This document shows, piece by piece, positions 51,390-62,046 of a DNA stretch of 64,000 nucleotides (position 1 is the stretch's first letter; every line of letters begins with the position of its first letter). Source of the DNA: Spirochaetia bacterium (GTDB taxonomy: Bacteria > Spirochaetota > Spirochaetia > SP-2023); NCBI GenBank assembly GCA_965225855.1, contig CBDDCK010000005.1:768001-832000 (forward strand), in the 5' to 3' direction. The notes beneath the pieces were generated by a model that saw only the letters and a list, made by a program, of their open reading frames with translations, searched no databases and was not told the DNA's origin. The position numbers and the translations under genes are program-made.

Positions 51390-52451
51390 CTACCAGCGAA
51401 TTAAGTTGCCACCGTAGGTCAGGCCAGAACCAAAGCCAACAGTTAAAACTAAATCACCTTTGTTTAAAATATGTTTTTCTTGCATTTCACAAAGCGCAAT
51501 CGGAATGGAAGCCGAGGACGTATTTGCATAAGAAGCTATGTTCAAATAAAAACGTTCTAGCGGAATATTTTTGCGTTTAGCCACTGCTTGGATAATCCGC
51601 TCGTTTGCTTGATGGGGTACGATGTAAGCGATTTCATCAAGACATAAATTATTGCGCTGTAATAAAATTTGGATTATATCTTGATTTGCTTGTACCGCAA
51701 AATTGTAGACTGCACGGCCATCCATTTCCAATTTATTGCGCATTGTTGGGGTTGCAGCTGTAATGTTATCTTGAATATCCAATGGCACGCTCGGCACGAT
51801 TGGATTGCGACTGCCTCCATCGGGCACCAATAGGGCCTTGGCTCCCTTGCCATCAGAGCGCAATACCGAATCGATAATTTTGCTATTACCGGACTGCCGG
51901 CTCAGTAGTACGGCACCAGCACCATCACCCAAAAGTACTGCGGTGGAACGGTCGCTCCAATTGGTAATAGCAGAAAGTTTTTCCGCTGAAATAAGCAAAA
52001 CATTTTGGTACTGTTTGTCGGCAAGCATCATGCTTTTGCCAATTTGCAAACCATAAACAAAGCCAGAGCAAGCAGCCTTAATATCAAAAGCGGCAGCCTG
52101 GCTACAACTTAGTTGATGCTGAATTACACAGGCCGTAGAAGGGAAGCCATAATAATCAGGTGCAGAGCTAGAAACGATAATTAAATCAATATTTTCGGCT
52201 GTCAGCCCAGCCCGCAGCAAAACTTTTTCTGCTGCTTTTGCGCCTAAATCAGAAGAAGCCTGTTCTTTGCTAGCAATATGGCGTTGGTGAATCCCCGTAT
52301 GGGAGACAATCCATTCATCGGAGCTATCTACTTTTTGCGAAAGCTCTTGATTGGAAATACAATTTTCGGGCACGTAAAAATCAATGACTTGGATTCCAAG
52401 CTGCTCTGTATTATCAAACATAAAAGGCATTTTTTCTGTTTTTGCATTCAT
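51390..52451 (-). CDS. fabH: 3-oxoacyl-ACP synthase III (paralog B)
   Basis: AACSGF, PHQAN, NTSSASIP, GFGSG; start uncertain. Confidence 0.9.
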   Translation of the reverse strand: MNAKTEKMPFMFDNTEQLGIQVIDFYVPENCISNQELSQKVDSSDEWIVSHTGIHQRHIASKEQASSDLGAKAAEKVLLRAGLTAENIDLIIVSSSAPDYYGFPSTACVIQHQLSCSQAAAFDIKAACSGFVYGLQIGKSMMLADKQYQNVLLISAEKLSAITNWSDRSTAVLLGDGAGAVLLSRQSGNSKIIDSVLRSDGKGAKALLVPDGGSRNPIVPSVPLDIQDNITAATPTMRNKLEMDGRAVYNFAVQANQDIIQILLQRNNLCLDEIAYIVPHQANERIIQAVAKRKNIPLERFYLNIASYANTSSASIPIALCEMQEKHILNKGDLVLTVGFGSGLTYGGNLIRW

Positions 52452-52629
52452 AGTTTGTCGAAATGCCTCCAAGCAAGTTCCTTTCTATTTCAATTGTATC
52501 GTTTCAATGTATTGATCGGAAATCAGAAAATAACCTGTATATTAACAATTTTCCACAAAAATAGTCAATGATGACACTTCAACAAAATTTGTCAAATAAA
52601 AGCAAACCACCACTAAACATTGGGAAAGT

Positions 52630-53676
52630 TCAACAAGCCCCCCATCGCAGCAGTGTCCCTGCATAGGTTAAGCCCGCCCCAAAGCCAATAGCTAAAATAA
52701 GGTCTCCTGTTTGTAGCTGTCCACTGTTTTCCAATTCGGCCAAAGCAATCGGAATTGAGGCCGCCGAAGTATTGGCATAGTTTTCAATATTGACAAAAAA
52801 TTTTTCCATTGGGATATTTTCACGTTTAGCCACCGCCTGAATAATGCGCAAATTTGCTTGGTGTGGCACGATGTAGCACAAGTCATCAACGCAAAGTTGG
52901 TTGCGCTCAAGCATTTCATGCAATATTTCTTGATTAGCGGCCACGGCAAAATTGTAGACTGCCCGCCCATCCATTTCCACATATTGGCGTATTTCAGCCA
53001 TATTTTCGGTATTGCCGCTATCAATTGGGAATCGGCTACCGCCCTCTGGAACCCATAATTTTTCGGCCCCACTGCCATCGCTTTTGAGCAGAGTGTCTAA
53101 AATAGAGGTCGCCGGTGATTTTTTGGTACCATTCGTTGCAGCCTCACAAACTAATAGGGCGGCGCCTGCACCATCACCAAACAACACGCAGGTTGAACGA
53201 TCTTGCCAGTTGATTATTCTCGAAAGAACTTCGGCCCCCAAAACTAATACTTTGTCGTATCGAGCATTTGATTCGAGCATAGAACGCCCTATTTCTAAAG
53301 CATAGCTAAAACCAGAACAAGCAGCAGTAATGTCAAAAGCGGTTGCTTGGCAGCCCAGTTTATGCTGTAAAACGCAGGCGGTTGATGGAAAACTTTTATA
53401 ATCTGGGGTTGCGGTAGCCACTACGATCAGGTCAATTTCTTCAGCTGCTACGCCGCTTTTTTGTAAAACTTGTTGAGCAGCAGCCAAGGCTAAATCAGAA
53501 CAAGCTTGTTGTTTTGCAGCAATATGCCTTTGCCGAATACCCGTGTGAGAGGTAATCCATTCATCAGAAGTATCGAGACTGCAGGCTAATTCTTGGTTGC
53601 TGACTTTGCGCTTGGGTAGGTAATGGCCAAAAGATAAAATAGCAGCACGCCGCGTTTGGGTATGGTTCTCAGCCAA
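52630..53676 (-). CDS. fabH: 3-oxoacyl-ACP synthase III (paralog A)
   Basis: AACSGF, PHQAN, NTSAASIP, GFGAG; TTG start after GAGGAG. Confidence 0.9.
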   Translation of the reverse strand: MAENHTQTRRAAILSFGHYLPKRKVSNQELACSLDTSDEWITSHTGIRQRHIAAKQQACSDLALAAAQQVLQKSGVAAEEIDLIVVATATPDYKSFPSTACVLQHKLGCQATAFDITAACSGFSYALEIGRSMLESNARYDKVLVLGAEVLSRIINWQDRSTCVLFGDGAGAALLVCEAATNGTKKSPATSILDTLLKSDGSGAEKLWVPEGGSRFPIDSGNTENMAEIRQYVEMDGRAVYNFAVAANQEILHEMLERNQLCVDDLCYIVPHQANLRIIQAVAKRENIPMEKFFVNIENYANTSAASIPIALAELENSGQLQTGDLILAIGFGAGLTYAGTLLRWGAC

Positions 53677-53840
53677 ATGAATCTTCTCCTCTTCTGCTTG
53701 GCTTTTGTTTACTTAGATTACTGGTAGCATATCTTTAGAGTCAATTAGTTTGGCATTGAAATAGGGATTTTTGCTAGATATTTTTTGCATAAAAATCCCG
53801 ACTAAAAAATAATTAAATATTTTCTTTATATGTTTTTAGA

Positions 53841-55139
53841 GTGGATATGGCTGCCGCACTATTGTCTGAAAAAGCAAAAAAAAGTAGACTGCTTTTTCAT
53901 AATCTTGATAGTTTTGCTCCTAAATTGATGAGGCTAACGCCCGATTGCTGGGGTTATTTTATGTTCCTTCGTTTTTTAAAATGTATGTCTGAATCCAATC
54001 CTAAAACTTATGAAGCCAATTCTTTCCAAAAACGGCGAGGCTTGCGGCAATACCAACAACAGCAAGAACGTTCTAACAGTGAGCAGCAGACCGTCCTGCC
54101 GAATTCGTCAAGTTCCGTACTGCTGGAAAAACCAAAAGTTGGTACGGGTTTAGCGCATGACTTAGCGCCTGAATTTGTGAATATTGAAAATGAACAAGTA
54201 GGGATTCACGCTCTCGATCCTTATTTTTCAACCAAGCTAGGTAATGCTCTCGCTTTTGAATTTGCCAGTCCTCCTAAACCGGATACCACTATAGTAGACC
54301 GTGGGCAAACTAAGGAGCAGATTCAGCAAGTTACGGCAAAAAAAAAGCTTGGTTTAACAGCAAAATGGCAAACTAAACTAGAAGCAAAATTACCAGCAAA
54401 ACCGCAGGGTTGGACAGCAGATCAAAAGCAGCCGCAAAAAGCCAAAAAACCCGTAAAAATAAAAGAGGCGAAAACGCCTTACCAACATTTTGTCGCCGAA
54501 CTTAGCAATAAAGATATGGCTTATCTTTTGGAGCAATCCAATGCGGCTTTGCAAACTTTGTTGTTAAAAAATACAACACGCCATAAACGTTCTCAAATTT
54601 TGCAGCAGATGCCGCGCAAGCAACGCGCTTTGTTACTGCGCTCTTGGGCAGAAAGCAACGAAAAATTGGATAGCGAAGGTTTTTTACGGGCTTTTTACTG
54701 GCTGCGGCGCAAGGTTCGGCCTGAATATTCCCAAACGGAGGTGGGGGATATGATGGTAGAAGGCTATCCGGAAGTCAATGGTATGAAGATTTTAAGCACA
54801 ATTTTAGATGGGTTGAAGCCTGAGCAAGAACAAGATATTCTACAATCTTTTTTTCATAGTGATAATGAACTTGCAGCTTGGCTAGAACGCGATAGGGGTT
54901 CTACTTGGCAACGCCAAATACTTTCTGTAATTGTCCGTCAAGCAAGTGACTTGGAATTGGCCTTGTTATTTGGTATTCCACGCTATGGCCGTTTGCTGCG
55001 CCATTTGTTAGCGCCCGGTAAAAAATTGGATATACTAAACGCTAGTATTGAACTGGCTCAATTACCGCAAGACCAACGGCAAAAATTGGAAGGCAAATTA
55101 TTTGCTAGTTTTCCTGTTTTGCAAGAATGGCAAAATTAG
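53841..55139 (+). CDS. Divergent FliG-like protein
   Basis: C-terminal half resembles the FliG middle and C regions (G.KILSTIL..L..EQEQ.ILQS....DNELA); start uncertain. Confidence 0.45.
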   Translation: MDMAAALLSEKAKKSRLLFHNLDSFAPKLMRLTPDCWGYFMFLRFLKCMSESNPKTYEANSFQKRRGLRQYQQQQERSNSEQQTVLPNSSSSVLLEKPKVGTGLAHDLAPEFVNIENEQVGIHALDPYFSTKLGNALAFEFASPPKPDTTIVDRGQTKEQIQQVTAKKKLGLTAKWQTKLEAKLPAKPQGWTADQKQPQKAKKPVKIKEAKTPYQHFVAELSNKDMAYLLEQSNAALQTLLLKNTTRHKRSQILQQMPRKQRALLLRSWAESNEKLDSEGFLRAFYWLRRKVRPEYSQTEVGDMMVEGYPEVNGMKILSTILDGLKPEQEQDILQSFFHSDNELAAWLERDRGSTWQRQILSVIVRQASDLELALLFGIPRYGRLLRHLLAPGKKLDILNASIELAQLPQDQRQKLEGKLFASFPVLQEWQN

Positions 55140-55182
55140 CCGTTTGGGCTATTTGGCTCACTTTAGCTTTTTATATTGGTTT

Positions 55183-56988
55183 TTATAGGCTTGGCTTTAC
55201 GATAGGCAGTGTTTGGCCTTTTTCTGTTGCTCGTTGCGCATAAGTTTTATACGGCTTTTGCCTACTGTAACCGTTGCGTGGGCTGCGGAAACGAATGCCA
55301 ATTTGCATACCCCAGCCTTTTTGGGTAGATGAATCAAAACTTAGTGCGGTATAAAGTTGCAAGTTGTCTAAATTAAAAGCTATGGAAGGCGATAATTTTT
55401 GTTGGTAATATTGCAAGGTCAAGTGTATGGTATTGTTAAACAAGCCAATTCCAAGTAAAAGGCGCAAATGGTCAATCGGTTCAAATAGAGCAGAATAGGG
55501 GCTTTGCCCTTTCGGTAACATGCCCCGGATTTGGATCAATTCTAAGCCACCAAATACTTTGAGGTATTTGGTATACCATTTTTCGGCATAAAGCCCTAAG
55601 TCAAAATCTAGGGGATAGCGAATATCTTCGTTCTTAGTCAAAATAGGTATGTTTAACCCAAGGAAGTCGGAAATCTTTAGCCCAGCGTGCAAAAATGATA
55701 GTTTGGGCGATAGTGCGCCAAAGTGGAATTGCAGACCAAAATCCAACCCAATGTTGGTGCCACCTTTGGGAATGAGTAGGTCGACTACTTCAAATTCTTC
55801 ACCAGAGGCAACTTGAGACAGAATCCTGCCGAAGGCTTCTTGATTGGTGCCAAAATAGGGGGCCACCTTAAAACCAAGCCCAAAAGTAAAACCGGGCAGC
55901 AGCTCGTCAAAGTCGTGGGCAAAAGCGATGCGTAAAGGCGCAGAAAGGTAAAATTGAAAGGCAAGCTTTACTTCAGCATCCAGTTTAGAGTCAATTCCAG
56001 GCAGCTTGAGTGATAGAGGCAATTTGGAATCTACACCAGTGCGCAGAGCAACTTTTTGTTCTAAGCCAAAATAAAAGCCCCAAGCCAAGGGGTTTTGGTC
56101 ATTGACGTGGCTAATGCCAAATGTACGCGAATACAGCTTAAAGCCTAAGTTACCCAAATCGTCAAAAAGGCCATTGATAAAACCTTTACCCACACCACTG
56201 ACAATTTCCCCAAGCGATATATTGCTTTTTATACTTGTTGTTAGATCTTTTTTTACTGCATCATCTTCTAAATTCTTGGTTGTCAGTTTCTCTTGGTCTT
56301 TAGGTAGAGATGGAACGTCTTTTGTTAGTTCTACATACTTTTCTTTGGGAATTCTCTTTAAGCCTTCGGTAAGTTTTTTCAATTGGTCTTTGTTCAATTT
56401 TGTTATATCAAAATCATCGGGTATTCTTTCGGGTATTTCTGTCGGTAATCCTCCCACAGTACTGTATAACGAAACCATGTTATACGGCAAATCGGGCAGA
56501 GTAGATGATACAGTTATAGGTGACGCAGTATAATCCTCTGTGCCTTCGGTAATGTTTTCAAGGTCTTTTATTTCATCTTCTATCTTTTTTGTAACCCCTT
56601 CTATATCCTTCAGTATTTTCCAAATATCTTTGCTCAAAAATAATCCTACAGAAATTATTTCGGTAATCCAGTCATATTTTGGGTTGGGCTTGTATTTTTG
56701 AGAATTTCGATCGGCATTGCGCAGATTTTTTCTTTTTTTCTTTTGGTTTTCATGTGGTTCAATTTTTGTTTTTATACCAGCAGGGTTGGATAAAATCGAG
56801 CTGGCTTTGCCGGGTTGAGCAACCATTGCATCGAGGCCACCACGCCGCCATTCATCATTGGGTGCTTGGGCCAATAGTGGGCTGCTAACCATCATGCCAT
56901 AAAAGATGCCATGAAGAAATATCAGTATTTGCCCATATATAGTGGTTATTCGGCTAATGGGTAAAACATTTTTTTGGGTATTTTCCAT
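55183..56988 (-). CDS. Putative outer-membrane beta-barrel protein
   Basis: Signal-like N-terminus, NPAG motif near the mature N-terminus, alternating hydrophobic strands in the C-terminal half. Confidence 0.5.
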   Translation of the reverse strand: MENTQKNVLPISRITTIYGQILIFLHGIFYGMMVSSPLLAQAPNDEWRRGGLDAMVAQPGKASSILSNPAGIKTKIEPHENQKKKRKNLRNADRNSQKYKPNPKYDWITEIISVGLFLSKDIWKILKDIEGVTKKIEDEIKDLENITEGTEDYTASPITVSSTLPDLPYNMVSLYSTVGGLPTEIPERIPDDFDITKLNKDQLKKLTEGLKRIPKEKYVELTKDVPSLPKDQEKLTTKNLEDDAVKKDLTTSIKSNISLGEIVSGVGKGFINGLFDDLGNLGFKLYSRTFGISHVNDQNPLAWGFYFGLEQKVALRTGVDSKLPLSLKLPGIDSKLDAEVKLAFQFYLSAPLRIAFAHDFDELLPGFTFGLGFKVAPYFGTNQEAFGRILSQVASGEEFEVVDLLIPKGGTNIGLDFGLQFHFGALSPKLSFLHAGLKISDFLGLNIPILTKNEDIRYPLDFDLGLYAEKWYTKYLKVFGGLELIQIRGMLPKGQSPYSALFEPIDHLRLLLGIGLFNNTIHLTLQYYQQKLSPSIAFNLDNLQLYTALSFDSSTQKGWGMQIGIRFRSPRNGYSRQKPYKTYAQRATEKGQTLPIVKPSL

Positions 56989-57061
56989 AAATTTTAGAAA
57001 GCGAGAATCGTCGATATTCCTATAAATGTCAATAATTTTTGAAGCATTTATTAAGGATGGC

Positions 57062-59911
57062 TTAGGGCAGGTTGGGCAAATTTGCCAAAAATTCATCGTA
57101 TGAATAAATGGCAATACCCCATTCTTTGGCTTTTTGTAGTTTGCTACTATTGGCTGTGGGGTTGCCACACAATAGAATATTGGTATTTTTGTTCATGGTA
57201 GAGCTCACTTGGTAGCCGTTTATTTCCAGCTTTTCCTGTAGCTGTTTGCGCGCTAGGGGGCCACTGCCAGTCATACAAATATTTTTACCACCATCTGCTA
57301 GTTGTCTATTTTGGTTGGCAACATTTTCAAATTTGAGTATGGCTATTAATTCTTGCAATAAAATTTGGTTTTCCACCAACCACTGGTTTAGATTTTCCAA
57401 AACGCTGTAGCGGCTTGCGGGCTCGTAAAATTGGCTTAAATCTTCAATTTGGCGCAGCTCTAAATAATGGGGTTGCTTGCTCAACAATATTTTTTGCCAA
57501 ATTGAGAAGCCTTTTTTCCAAAGTTCATTGCGCCCACTTTGGCTCTCCCAAGTTCGCCAAAGGGCCAAAAATCTTTGTGGGCCAGCTGCTTTTTTGGGGA
57601 ACATAGCTTGTTGCAATTCTTCAATCAGGTGCTTTGCCAGTTGTGTTTTGTGGGGGGCAGGCTCGCATTGATTGGCGTATTGATTATAGGGCTGCCAATC
57701 GCTTACAGTTTGAGAAAAGGCATGAAGCATTGCATCTTGCAAAATGGCATGTTGGCGTTCGGCTTCTGTAGCTGCCCATCGTGTTCCCATTTGTTCAATC
57801 CATATTTTCCATTTTGCGCTGTGCTCTTTTTTGGCTAGTTTGTGGCAAAATTCTTTGTTTTGTTGTTCTAGCTTTTTTTCTAACCATGGGGAAAAACTTC
57901 TGCGGTGAATTTCGTTGCGTCCAGTTTGGCTGCCCCAAGCCTGCCAAAGGTATTCTAGTTTTGTTTCTAGGCTTATTTCTGGTGGTTTCTCTAAAGTTTG
58001 TTCTGAAATTTTTAGGGGAGAGCCTAATAATGTTGCCACCAAAGAATGGCTCAATTCCCCCCAATCTAACGTTTCTTCCCATTTTTCAGAAAATAAGTCT
58101 GTTGTGTTTGTGCGAAAATACAAAGGCAGGGCAGCCTGAATAGTTTGTTCTAAACTGTCTTGCCATTCTAGGGGATTTTGCCGCAGCCTCCACTGCTGGG
58201 CAACTTGGCGGACAAAATTTTCCCAACGTGACTTGCGGCGTAATTCACCTAATTTTTGCAAGCTTTTCTGCTGTAACATTGGAATACCCAGTCGTTCCAC
58301 TAATTGCTGTACGTTTAACTGGCGAGAATTTTCCCGTTCTGAAAGAAAGCGATTGATTTTTTTTTCGGCATAGCCGGGTATTTGACCCAGGTCTTCTGCT
58401 GTAAGGTTATATAAATCTTGTAGACAATATAATTTACCTTGTTGATATAGCTGGCGAATACTCTGTTCGGCAACGTGTTCCATACTAGATTGTTTTACCC
58501 AAAACAAAATACGCTGCACCACTTGTTCTGGACAACTGCGGTTGGGGCAAATAAGGTCTACCCCTTGTTCATGCAAAGCTCCACTGCAAGAAGGGCATTG
58601 TTGTGGAATAGTTGATCTGCCAAATTGTTCACAGATTTTTTTGGCAAACAGGCAGGCTTCCTGAATGGGAATAGGATTATGCTCTTTACTATTTGCATAG
58701 CAGTTGAGTGCAAAATCCTCTGGTAAATTATGGGATTGCAAGTTGTCTAACAAACTGCCTAAATTATTTTGCACATAGGGGATAACATCTCCAGCGCGTT
58801 CTACCTCCAAAATATCGCCGCGCTGAATATTTAAGCGTTTGACGTTGGCGTAATTGTGTAAGCTGGCGCGTTCAATCATAGCCGATGCTAAGTTTAGAGG
58901 TAAAAACTCGGCTACCGGGCTAAGCCTCCCTTGGCGGCCTAATTGCCAGTGGACTTCACGCAGCAAAGTTGTACCACTTTCTGCGGGGGGCTTTAAAGCA
59001 ATTGCGTAATGGTGATGATGGCTTACCACCCATAAGGCATCAATGGCTGCAAATAGCTGGCTATCGTCTAAGCAAATAATGAGGCCATCGGTTTCATAGG
59101 GCCAGATTTGGCGCAACTCATTCAAGTATAATTGATAATATGTCTTGAGCTGGGCAATGGTAGTCTGTTTGGACTCCACTGTGTGAAATCCTAGTTTTGC
59201 TAATTGCAAAACTTGCTGGTATTCACTATTAGCTAATCGTTGCTGCGGGCATTGGTATGCGATAAAACGCAGCTGTCGCATTTCTTCTGGAGACTGCTCT
59301 TTGCGGTTGATCAGCCCAGCACAAATATTGCGTAAAGGTCGGCCACCGGTTTGTACTATATTGCCATTTTTGGGTAAGTATAATTCTCCTCGTACTTCAA
59401 AATTTGCCAAATTCTCAATGCCTTCATATTGCAAATTATGGATAGCTGTTATGTCCAGCTCTGCTGGAATGTCTTTAATGAACGGGGCTATGTGGCTGAT
59501 ATTTTGCCCTTGCCTGCCATCTCCGCGGCTGGCCACATATTGTAGTTTGTCGTTTTGGTAGTAGCAAGAAGCAGATATACCATCAATCTTAGGCTGAATA
59601 CATAGAGGGGTCTCTAGGTTGAGTTTGAGCAAGCTGCTGTCTTGCAAGCGCTGAAACCAAGCGTTGATGCCTGCTACTTGTTTGGCTTTGTCCATAGATA
59701 GCATGGCAACTTTATGGGTAATTTTGTCTGTATTGGTGTCGTCCATTACCTCAAACCCTACTTGATTGAAATACGGGTGATTGGGTTGTTGTTTGCGCAA
59801 TTGTTCTTCGAGCTGGTCAAATTCAGCATCGCTCATTAGGGGGCTGCCGTTATAGTAGGCTGCTTTGGCTTGCAATAGCTGTGTTACATCTGGTTCATCA
59901 GAGTCGTTCAT
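57062..59911 (-). CDS. ligA: NAD-dependent DNA ligase with a large insertion (949 aa)
   Basis: YY....MSDAEFD.L, PKIDG, EVRGE, YETDG, RAGDVIP, C4 Zn finger, C-terminal BRCT. Confidence 0.9.
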   Translation of the reverse strand: MNDSDEPDVTQLLQAKAAYYNGSPLMSDAEFDQLEEQLRKQQPNHPYFNQVGFEVMDDTNTDKITHKVAMLSMDKAKQVAGINAWFQRLQDSSLLKLNLETPLCIQPKIDGISASCYYQNDKLQYVASRGDGRQGQNISHIAPFIKDIPAELDITAIHNLQYEGIENLANFEVRGELYLPKNGNIVQTGGRPLRNICAGLINRKEQSPEEMRQLRFIAYQCPQQRLANSEYQQVLQLAKLGFHTVESKQTTIAQLKTYYQLYLNELRQIWPYETDGLIICLDDSQLFAAIDALWVVSHHHHYAIALKPPAESGTTLLREVHWQLGRQGRLSPVAEFLPLNLASAMIERASLHNYANVKRLNIQRGDILEVERAGDVIPYVQNNLGSLLDNLQSHNLPEDFALNCYANSKEHNPIPIQEACLFAKKICEQFGRSTIPQQCPSCSGALHEQGVDLICPNRSCPEQVVQRILFWVKQSSMEHVAEQSIRQLYQQGKLYCLQDLYNLTAEDLGQIPGYAEKKINRFLSERENSRQLNVQQLVERLGIPMLQQKSLQKLGELRRKSRWENFVRQVAQQWRLRQNPLEWQDSLEQTIQAALPLYFRTNTTDLFSEKWEETLDWGELSHSLVATLLGSPLKISEQTLEKPPEISLETKLEYLWQAWGSQTGRNEIHRRSFSPWLEKKLEQQNKEFCHKLAKKEHSAKWKIWIEQMGTRWAATEAERQHAILQDAMLHAFSQTVSDWQPYNQYANQCEPAPHKTQLAKHLIEELQQAMFPKKAAGPQRFLALWRTWESQSGRNELWKKGFSIWQKILLSKQPHYLELRQIEDLSQFYEPASRYSVLENLNQWLVENQILLQELIAILKFENVANQNRQLADGGKNICMTGSGPLARKQLQEKLEINGYQVSSTMNKNTNILLCGNPTANSSKLQKAKEWGIAIYSYDEFLANLPNLP

Positions 59912-59945
59912 ATGGCTACCTTTTTGCTTTTGGTATATCGCCTGT

Positions 59946-60923
59946 TTATGGGTGTACGGGGATATCCCATTGCCGCATAGAATCGCTAATAAAATCCAGA
60001 ATTTGCGTTTGCGTTTGTTTACCGCGGCCAACTATTTGCAGCGGTGACCCAAAGGCAAAATGGACTTTTTGTTCTGGCTTGAGTATGGGAATGTATTGAA
60101 TTGCTTTGTGTGGCGAGCGGCTCCAAAAGTTGGTACTGAGCGCAACGGGCACAACCGCTACGCCAGCTTTGGCTGCCAGCTTTACCGCAATGGAATTAAA
60201 GCGACTGCGGCTAAATTGGTTTACTTCTCGTGTGCCTTGGGGAAAGATGATAATCGAGCGTGGTTTTTTTTTACTTTCTGGACCGCAGCTTTCTGAGTGA
60301 CTATTCCCCTGTAAAATCGCGCTGCCTTCCTGCAATACTACTTCCAAATCGGTTAAAGGGTTTTTGCGCTCTAAGGCAATGTAAGGCCGAGAACAAATTA
60401 GCGGAGCAAAATAACCTTTTGTCAATGAAGATTTTACCACAAAAGTAGTGGGCATGTAAGGGGTGATATAACCGCAAATTGTTTGGGTTTCTAAAGTACT
60501 CATGTGGTTAACTGCAAACACAACAGGGCTTTTTTGCGAATTTGTCCCATTCTCTGAATTTGTGGGGGGCTGCAACCATGCTTGTAAATGCTCTAGCCCC
60601 TGGATTTCAAAATCCGCCCCATATGTTTCAAATAAACGGCTTAGCTCCAAACCACTGCGCCCCCAAAGATAATCGCTATATTCACCCTGCAAAGCCAAAG
60701 CCCTATCGCGGCGCACAACTTTCATATAGTTCCAAAACATCGAAAGGCCAGCTAAATTGCTATTTGTTCGACTAGAGAAAAATCGCTGCGGAATATAATC
60801 ACTGCGGTAGTTACCACTGCTCAAATCGAAGGGAGGGGAAAATTCCTTTAGGCATAGTAAGTCTTTAATATGCTCTTCAGAATAAGTTTGGGCTGCAGCA
60901 CTAACAGAAAATTTCGCATTCAT
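59946..60923 (-). CDS. plsC: 1-acyl-sn-glycerol-3-phosphate acyltransferase family protein
   Basis: NHMSTLE, FVVKSSL, IFPQGTR, VVPVAL; start uncertain. Confidence 0.75.
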   Translation of the reverse strand: MNAKFSVSAAAQTYSEEHIKDLLCLKEFSPPFDLSSGNYRSDYIPQRFFSSRTNSNLAGLSMFWNYMKVVRRDRALALQGEYSDYLWGRSGLELSRLFETYGADFEIQGLEHLQAWLQPPTNSENGTNSQKSPVVFAVNHMSTLETQTICGYITPYMPTTFVVKSSLTKGYFAPLICSRPYIALERKNPLTDLEVVLQEGSAILQGNSHSESCGPESKKKPRSIIIFPQGTREVNQFSRSRFNSIAVKLAAKAGVAVVPVALSTNFWSRSPHKAIQYIPILKPEQKVHFAFGSPLQIVGRGKQTQTQILDFISDSMRQWDIPVHP

Positions 60924-61104
60924 GCAGCGCATGGTACAGAGATGCAAAACATTCGTCTATAAATCGTTTCTGAATCGTCTTTGAAAGGCATAATTCTTGA
61001 ATATCAAAAATAAGGCTTTACTTTTATAGCCAAGTACTATATAGTCTGGCGCACAATTTATGCTTGCATTATATATAGTTATTTTACTATAGATAGGAAT
61101 AAAA

Positions 61105-62025
61105 GTGTCGTGTGAAGAGAAAACACTGCTAACTACATTGTCCAGTCAATTGCCAAAGCCGCCGTGGTTGCGGAAAAAACTTTACAGCAATACCAAGCGT
61201 GTCGATCATGCTATTCAGCACAATGGTTTAGAAACAATTTGTAAAGAAGCTGCCTGCCCCAATCGCAGTGAGTGTTGGAATGCAGGTACCGCTACATTTT
61301 TAATTTTGGGGCGGATTTGTACCCGAAAGTGCACGTTTTGCAATGTGGAGTCGGGCCAGCCTGGTTTGCTCGATCCGTTGGAACCACAAAAAGTGGCCGA
61401 TGCGGTAGAAGCTTTGAGTTTGAATTATACGGTGATCACTTCGGTCAATCGCGATGATTTAGCCGATGGTGGGGCTCAGCACTTTGTCCGTGTTATGGAG
61501 GCTGTGCGCAAGCGTAGGCCCGAAAGTAAGATAGAAGTTTTGATTCCCGATTTTCAAGGAGATTGGAACGCACTGGAAAAAGTGGTTGCAGCAGCTCCAG
61601 AAGTGTTGAATCACAACATTGAAACTATTGAACCTTTTTACTATTATGTCCGTCCCGATGCCGACTACCAGCGTTCGCTAGAATTGTTTCGCCAGGTGAA
61701 AAGCTTGGTGCCTGAAATGGTTACCAAATCTGGCATTATGGTGGGCATGGGGGAAAACCCTGATGATGTGAAGCAAACATTTTGTGATCTAAAGGAAGCC
61801 GGTGTTGATATTTTAACGGTTGGTCAATATTTGCAGCCCAGTAAGCAACATTTAAATGTGGAAGAATATGTTTGCCCAGAGCAGTTTGCCGATTACGCTG
61901 ATTATGCTGATTCTATTGGGTTTAAAGGTGTTGCTTCGGGAGTGTTTGTGCGCAGTTCGTATAGAGCTGACAAATTGTATTTACAAGCGAAACAAAAAAT
62001 AACAGTGCAGGTTTCTGCTAGGTGA
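61105..62025 (+). CDS. lipA: Lipoyl synthase
   Basis: CKEAACPNRSEC, CTRKCTFC, RDDL.DGGA, VRSSYRA. Confidence 0.95.
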   Translation: MSCEEKTLLTTLSSQLPKPPWLRKKLYSNTKRVDHAIQHNGLETICKEAACPNRSECWNAGTATFLILGRICTRKCTFCNVESGQPGLLDPLEPQKVADAVEALSLNYTVITSVNRDDLADGGAQHFVRVMEAVRKRRPESKIEVLIPDFQGDWNALEKVVAAAPEVLNHNIETIEPFYYYVRPDADYQRSLELFRQVKSLVPEMVTKSGIMVGMGENPDDVKQTFCDLKEAGVDILTVGQYLQPSKQHLNVEEYVCPEQFADYADYADSIGFKGVASGVFVRSSYRADKLYLQAKQKITVQVSAR

Positions 62026-62046
62026 ATTTGCAATAAGGAGTCCCAG

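Noticed and set aside
57460..58250. Intein in ligA
   Set aside because: No Cys/Ser start with His-Asn end and no LAGLIDADG motifs
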